From positions 32,001 to 96,000 of the IMG/VR virus record IMGVR_UViG_3300028591_000109: a stretch of 64,000 bases of DNA. The stretch is one strand, 5' to 3'. The notes beneath the pieces are model-generated. The model ran no database searches and had not been told where the DNA came from. It saw nothing but the letters and a program-made list of their open reading frames with translations. This DNA comes from a virus. Taxonomy: Duplodnaviria > Caudoviricetes. Below are positions 60,016 through 64,000 of the stretch, in pieces. A program made the position numbers and the translations under genes. Every line of letters begins with the position of its first letter. Position 1 is the first letter of the stretch.

Positions 60016-60090
60016 CCACAGAATTTTTATTATAGCCCACAGAAATTTCAAAGAAGCCCACAGAATTTTAATTTCAGCCCACAGAATTTT
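60016..60090. repeat. four direct repeats, 21-bp period
   Basis: CCACAGAA at 60016, 60037, 60058, 60079. Confidence 0.85.
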
Positions 60091-60104
60091 CGTTCCGCCT
60101 GCCT

Positions 60105-60137
60105 GCCCTTGATTCGCGCTCGCGTAATATATATAAT
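60105..60137 (+). promoter_or_regulatory. phage-specific promoter motif copy 10
   Basis: GCCCTTGA-N19-TATAAT. Confidence 0.8.
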
Positions 60138-60167
60138 GTGTGCAAAACTAAGGCGATATAAAAAATC

Positions 60168-63056
60168 ATGGAACATCTTGCACTTGAGGTTTTCGACCTC
60201 GCTACTAAGGAGAACCCGAACCCTACCGGCAGCCAGTATGCCGTGCTGGAGCCGGACGCAACCATCACCATCACCGACACGTCGGAGATTTTTGCTGACG
60301 GCGATGTGTGGTCCTACGACTTTACGCTGAACGTCCGCGCCAACGCGCACCTGTTCGCCACGGCTGGCGACATTCACGGCTCACGGTTGCACGAGCAGAT
60401 CAATAAGCGGAAGGCCCGCCTGTGGGTGGAGGGCGTGCCGCTCTACTTAGGCTACCTGAAGCTCGGCGATGAAGCGGAGGTGGATGCGGAGGGCAACGTG
60501 GACGTCAGCTTCGAGAGCGGACAGAAAACGTTTGAGGAGTTGATAGAGGGAGCCAAGGCCAACCAGGTGCCGATGATAGGAAATGTCAAGATTGGCGTGG
60601 CACTCTGGCAGAAACGCCAAGTCTCTTACAATTTAAAACTCAGAGCGTCTGCTATTTTTGAGAATAAAAAAGAATCAAAGGATGGGGAGATAAAAGAAAC
60701 CCTTAACGATTCTAACCTAATCACGTTTACAAGCGATGACGAACAGAACCCCGTCCAACAATACCCCAGGATGGTGTTTCCTGTGGGCACTTTCAAAGAT
60801 TGGAGCGACTATAAGGACACTACCTACGATGTTAATGAACTCAACACTGACAGCCCTTATACCGAAAACGAAAATGGTGTACCGACGCATCCGTTCTGTA
60901 ATGTAGCATTATGTTATCAGCGGCAGGGTTATGAAAAGAAAAACGAAAGAGACGAACTGATACCAGACTACACCAGCGAGCCGGAGGCGCAGCGAGGCTA
61001 CGAATACATGCCCGCTAAACGTGTGAACTCCGCGCCAAACTTCTTTGTGCTCTACTGGTTCCGTGCATTGATGAACCATCTTGGCATCTATATCGAAGAG
61101 AACCAAATGCTTGATGTAGAGGATTTGCGCAGACTATTCTTCGTGAACACCAATTGTGCGTACAAGGTGCCGAAAAGAAAATTCTACACGGGTGATGACA
61201 TCAGCTGGTACCAATTCCTTCCAAGTACTGGCAGATTGGTGCCTGAATACTACAACATCGAGAAGAATTTTAATAAAGAAGAAAGTGCATTTAAGAGCGT
61301 GGAAGACGGGTTTACCGTAAGCACACCGATAATAGATCCATCCACAGCCGCCTCACTTATCCCGCAGTCAATAATACCGACCATCGACCGCATTGCCGTT
61401 AAGGTAAGCGAAGTCAGCAAAAGCAACGAAGATGCACAGAAACACGTATATGAGAACAACAACCGCTGGCTCCATGATGCCTATGCCACGAGCGACTGTT
61501 TCCCGAATGTAGACATCTCGGAAGTCATCAATGCCATAGAGAGCGGATTCGGTGTGCGTCTGCTATTCAGCAACGACTATAAGCGGGTAAGGATTGTGCT
61601 GCTGCGCAATGTATTCCGGAACGAGGATGTACAGGACATAACGTGCGAGATTGTGGACGAGGATGTTAAGGTGGAGAATAATATCCGTGGCTTCCGCATG
61701 ACCTACGGCAATACGGAGGACACCCATTTCTACTACAAGGGCTTTGCCGACATGTTGCCGCACAAGAAAGAACTGTGGGCAGACACAAGCGACGAGCATG
61801 ACTATTCGCACTGGGATTTGAATGCCATCTATGCCAACATCATACACAAGGTGTCGGCCTTCGACAAGACCTGCTATGTGACACCCAACACAGGCAATGC
61901 CTATGGTATTAAGATTGACAAGGACGCCAAGCGTTATGACGAGCTACATCCATCGCTTTTCGGGTACGGTGAGTTTATGGATGCCGAAGACGGCGACTGT
62001 ACTGGCGAAGACGAGACCATCAAGACTGTCAACATGGGCTTCACCCCCGCCATTATGAACGACCTGAACATGGAGGAAGAACGCGAAAACGGCTCACGCG
62101 AACAGCGGTTTGCTCTATTTGTCGGCGAGACGATGCGTCCTCGTCGGCCTGAACTGATAGAAGGCACTGATTACAATGACCCTGAAACAGTATATCCTAT
62201 GGATGGAGAATATGGGCTATACGGTGACAAGTCGAAGGCAAAGGATATGAAGTCAGACGGCATCGTAAAGCCTGGCGAGTTCGCAGTGAGGTCGGATATG
62301 TATGCCAGTGCGAGCGGTCTTAAAACCACAGTTCGCTATCTCCTCAAATACGTTGACATGTCTTTTTTCGACGGACCAGACTCCGTACCCGTGTATGCGC
62401 AATGGGATATTACTAACCTGAATATCGACGGTCATATCAACGAGGGCTACCGCCTGTATCTGCAGGACAACTACGAACCTAACGACGACGGCATCTCGCC
62501 TATCGAGACGCACGACTGGGGCTTGACGCTGGGCATCATGCGCGGCAGCGGCAGCGACGCCTACGTAAACTACACGGCCGATCCTGACGACGGCGAGGGC
62601 AACGACACATGGGACATCATGGCCGGCAGCAGCGTGACGGCACACCCGGACACCTGCGACTCGTATGGCAACGAGTGGGACTACAACGGAGACGCTGAAG
62701 GGATAGGCGACCCCGACGGCAGGGTCAGCCTGAAGCTCCGGGCAGAAAAGCCTAACCCTTATTACAACCCGCATCTGCCGGAGAGCGACAGCAACCGCCG
62801 TTATCTGCAGATTTCCAATAAGAACCTGCGGCAGCGCGGCCTCGCTGACCAGTTCTACAAGGAGTACAGCTTCTGGGTGCGCAATGCCCGCATCGTGAAA
62901 CGGACGGTACGCATGACGCTGGCACAGCTGCTGACCATCGACAAGACAAAACGTGTCAACGTAGGTGACGTGACGGGATTCATCAGGAAGATGCAGTATT
63001 CGGTGAGTAACGAGACGGGGCTTGGCAATGTAACGATGGAGATAATGTATATATGA
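60168..63056 (+). CDS. large tail (tip/baseplate-hub-like) protein
   Basis: 962 aa; N-terminal WSYDFTL...N..LF pattern; heads a late-promoter unit. Confidence 0.65.
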   Translation: MEHLALEVFDLATKENPNPTGSQYAVLEPDATITITDTSEIFADGDVWSYDFTLNVRANAHLFATAGDIHGSRLHEQINKRKARLWVEGVPLYLGYLKLGDEAEVDAEGNVDVSFESGQKTFEELIEGAKANQVPMIGNVKIGVALWQKRQVSYNLKLRASAIFENKKESKDGEIKETLNDSNLITFTSDDEQNPVQQYPRMVFPVGTFKDWSDYKDTTYDVNELNTDSPYTENENGVPTHPFCNVALCYQRQGYEKKNERDELIPDYTSEPEAQRGYEYMPAKRVNSAPNFFVLYWFRALMNHLGIYIEENQMLDVEDLRRLFFVNTNCAYKVPKRKFYTGDDISWYQFLPSTGRLVPEYYNIEKNFNKEESAFKSVEDGFTVSTPIIDPSTAASLIPQSIIPTIDRIAVKVSEVSKSNEDAQKHVYENNNRWLHDAYATSDCFPNVDISEVINAIESGFGVRLLFSNDYKRVRIVLLRNVFRNEDVQDITCEIVDEDVKVENNIRGFRMTYGNTEDTHFYYKGFADMLPHKKELWADTSDEHDYSHWDLNAIYANIIHKVSAFDKTCYVTPNTGNAYGIKIDKDAKRYDELHPSLFGYGEFMDAEDGDCTGEDETIKTVNMGFTPAIMNDLNMEEERENGSREQRFALFVGETMRPRRPELIEGTDYNDPETVYPMDGEYGLYGDKSKAKDMKSDGIVKPGEFAVRSDMYASASGLKTTVRYLLKYVDMSFFDGPDSVPVYAQWDITNLNIDGHINEGYRLYLQDNYEPNDDGISPIETHDWGLTLGIMRGSGSDAYVNYTADPDDGEGNDTWDIMAGSSVTAHPDTCDSYGNEWDYNGDAEGIGDPDGRVSLKLRAEKPNPYYNPHLPESDSNRRYLQISNKNLRQRGLADQFYKEYSFWVRNARIVKRTVRMTLAQLLTIDKTKRVNVGDVTGFIRKMQYSVSNETGLGNVTMEIMYI

Positions 63057-63087
63057 TGCTAATTGTCGTATGACAGTACAAAAAAAA

Positions 63088-63474
63088 CTACTTCTTTCTG
63101 ACAAATCTATCGCCAAAAATCCAAAACGTGTCGTTGTCAGGATTATAACTTCCGTTTATTTCGTCACGCCACACATTGCCATAACTATTGACGTAAACAA
63201 TGCGTAAATAAACAGTACTACCATATAAGTTGTACGTAAAGGAACCACCTACGTCGCCACCGGAATCGTACATGCCCGTACCATCAGAATTAAACGAGTA
63301 AGACCGTTTGTCACAAACCCATGTGCCAAGGATTTTTTTCTCGTACCAATTTTCGTAGTTATTACCACCATCGCCATCGTCATCTTTGTTACAGGCGGTG
63401 AAACCAAGTGTGAATACACATGCAAGCGCCAGCACTGCTATGCGGCTTACGGAAAGGAATGTTTTTGTTTTCAT
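63088..63474 (-). CDS. surface lipoprotein (moron)
   Basis: Signal peptide II FTAC followed by NKDDD; ILGTW lipocalin-like motif; low GC. Confidence 0.8.
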   Translation of the reverse strand: MKTKTFLSVSRIAVLALACVFTLGFTACNKDDDGDGGNNYENWYEKKILGTWVCDKRSYSFNSDGTGMYDSGGDVGGSFTYNLYGSTVYLRIVYVNSYGNVWRDEINGSYNPDNDTFWIFGDRFVRKK

Positions 63475-63501
63475 TGTTTGTTCGTTGTAGCATTTCGTTT
63501 G

Positions 63502-63533
63502 CAAATGTACGGAAAAACGAGTGAATTGCCAAA
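63502..63533 (-). promoter_or_regulatory. canonical Bacteroidetes primary-sigma promoter
   Basis: TTTG-N20-TACATTTG upstream of the lipoprotein gene. Confidence 0.75.
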
Positions 63534-63557
63534 TGATCGTCGGAATAAATGTCGCTC

Positions 63558-63590
63558 GCCCTTGATTATGGGCGGCAATGCGGCTATCTT
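63558..63590 (+). promoter_or_regulatory. phage-specific promoter motif copy 11
   Basis: GCCCTTGA-N19-TATCTT. Confidence 0.75.
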
Positions 63591-63610
63591 CGAGGAAAAA
63601 GCAGCGACTT

Positions 63611-64000
63611 ATGGCAAACATCGTCATTATAGAAGGCCAGTTCAACAAGGACGGTTCCTACTTCGCCGACTCGCCGGTCATCATCCGTGTGTCTGGGCTG
63701 GCATGGCCGAGTATCAACCCCAGCCCGTTCACCGTCGTTCAGGTGAATGTAGTGTATGGTGACAAGGTGGTGGGCAACTTCCACGCCGATACGGGCGGTC
63801 AGACGGAAATCACGTTCGACATCTCGTCGGCACTACAGGCTATCTGGGCCGACTACGGCTACGCCGCCGAGCTGACTGCAGCCAACGGCAGGAGCAGCAC
63901 CACGCGGGGCTACCGCAGCTACTCGATTGAGATGTACACCGAGTATATTGCCGATGGCGGAGTGTTCACCACTTCGCCCACAGCGACGTTCCCAGGTGGA
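63611..64000 (+). CDS. putative virion protein, truncated by window end
   Basis: Hand-translated open frame MANIVIIEGQ...FDISSALQAIW... Confidence 0.7.
   Translation, partial: MANIVIIEGQFNKDGSYFADSPVIIRVSGLAWPSINPSPFTVVQVNVVYGDKVVGNFHADTGGQTEITFDISSALQAIWADYGYAAELTAANGRSSTTRGYRSYSIEMYTEYIADGGVFTTSPTATFPGG

Noticed and set aside
60016-60090. Possible CRISPR mini-array
   Set aside because: Period is only 21 bp with ~9-nt spacers; no cas genes

Overview
A 64-kb segment of a tailed dsDNA phage or prophage. The inferred host is a Prevotella-like Bacteroidales, based on DUF3127, DUF4494, a Bacteroidetes HU-like protein, TAnnTTTG promoters and Bacteroidetes-type tail genes. All family calls are from motif recognition; no database search was run. 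Positions 1-27.2 kb are a + strand array of about 55 small early/accessory genes: three DNA methyltransferases, a radical SAM enzyme, an HNH endonuclease, a Tad2/DUF2829-like anti-defence protein and an HU-like protein. Positions 27.3-64 kb hold virion genes in several short, partly divergent units (tape measure, S49 protease/scaffold, major capsid, tail proteins), a Gly-rich-protein module and a diversity-generating retroelement (DGR) remnant. Main observations: (1) 11 copies of a phage-specific promoter-like motif, GCCCTTGA-N19-(T/G)A(T/A)(A/C)(A/T)T, with sigma70-like -35/17-bp/-10 geometry that is foreign to Bacteroidetes, heading almost every virion unit. (2) A DGR with two duplicated, differently mutagenised target genes; its template repeat and RT core appear deleted, leaving a MutS-like-accessory/RT-thumb fusion. 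(3) A C5 methyltransferase whose motif IX lies in an overlapping +1 frame. (4) Stereotyped gene junctions (GGAGGACTGA-NNN-ATG; AGAGCGATATG). (5) A candidate pseudoknotted ncRNA and several families of short dispersed repeats. No integrase, terminase, portal, lysis gene, tRNA or CRISPR array was recognised.
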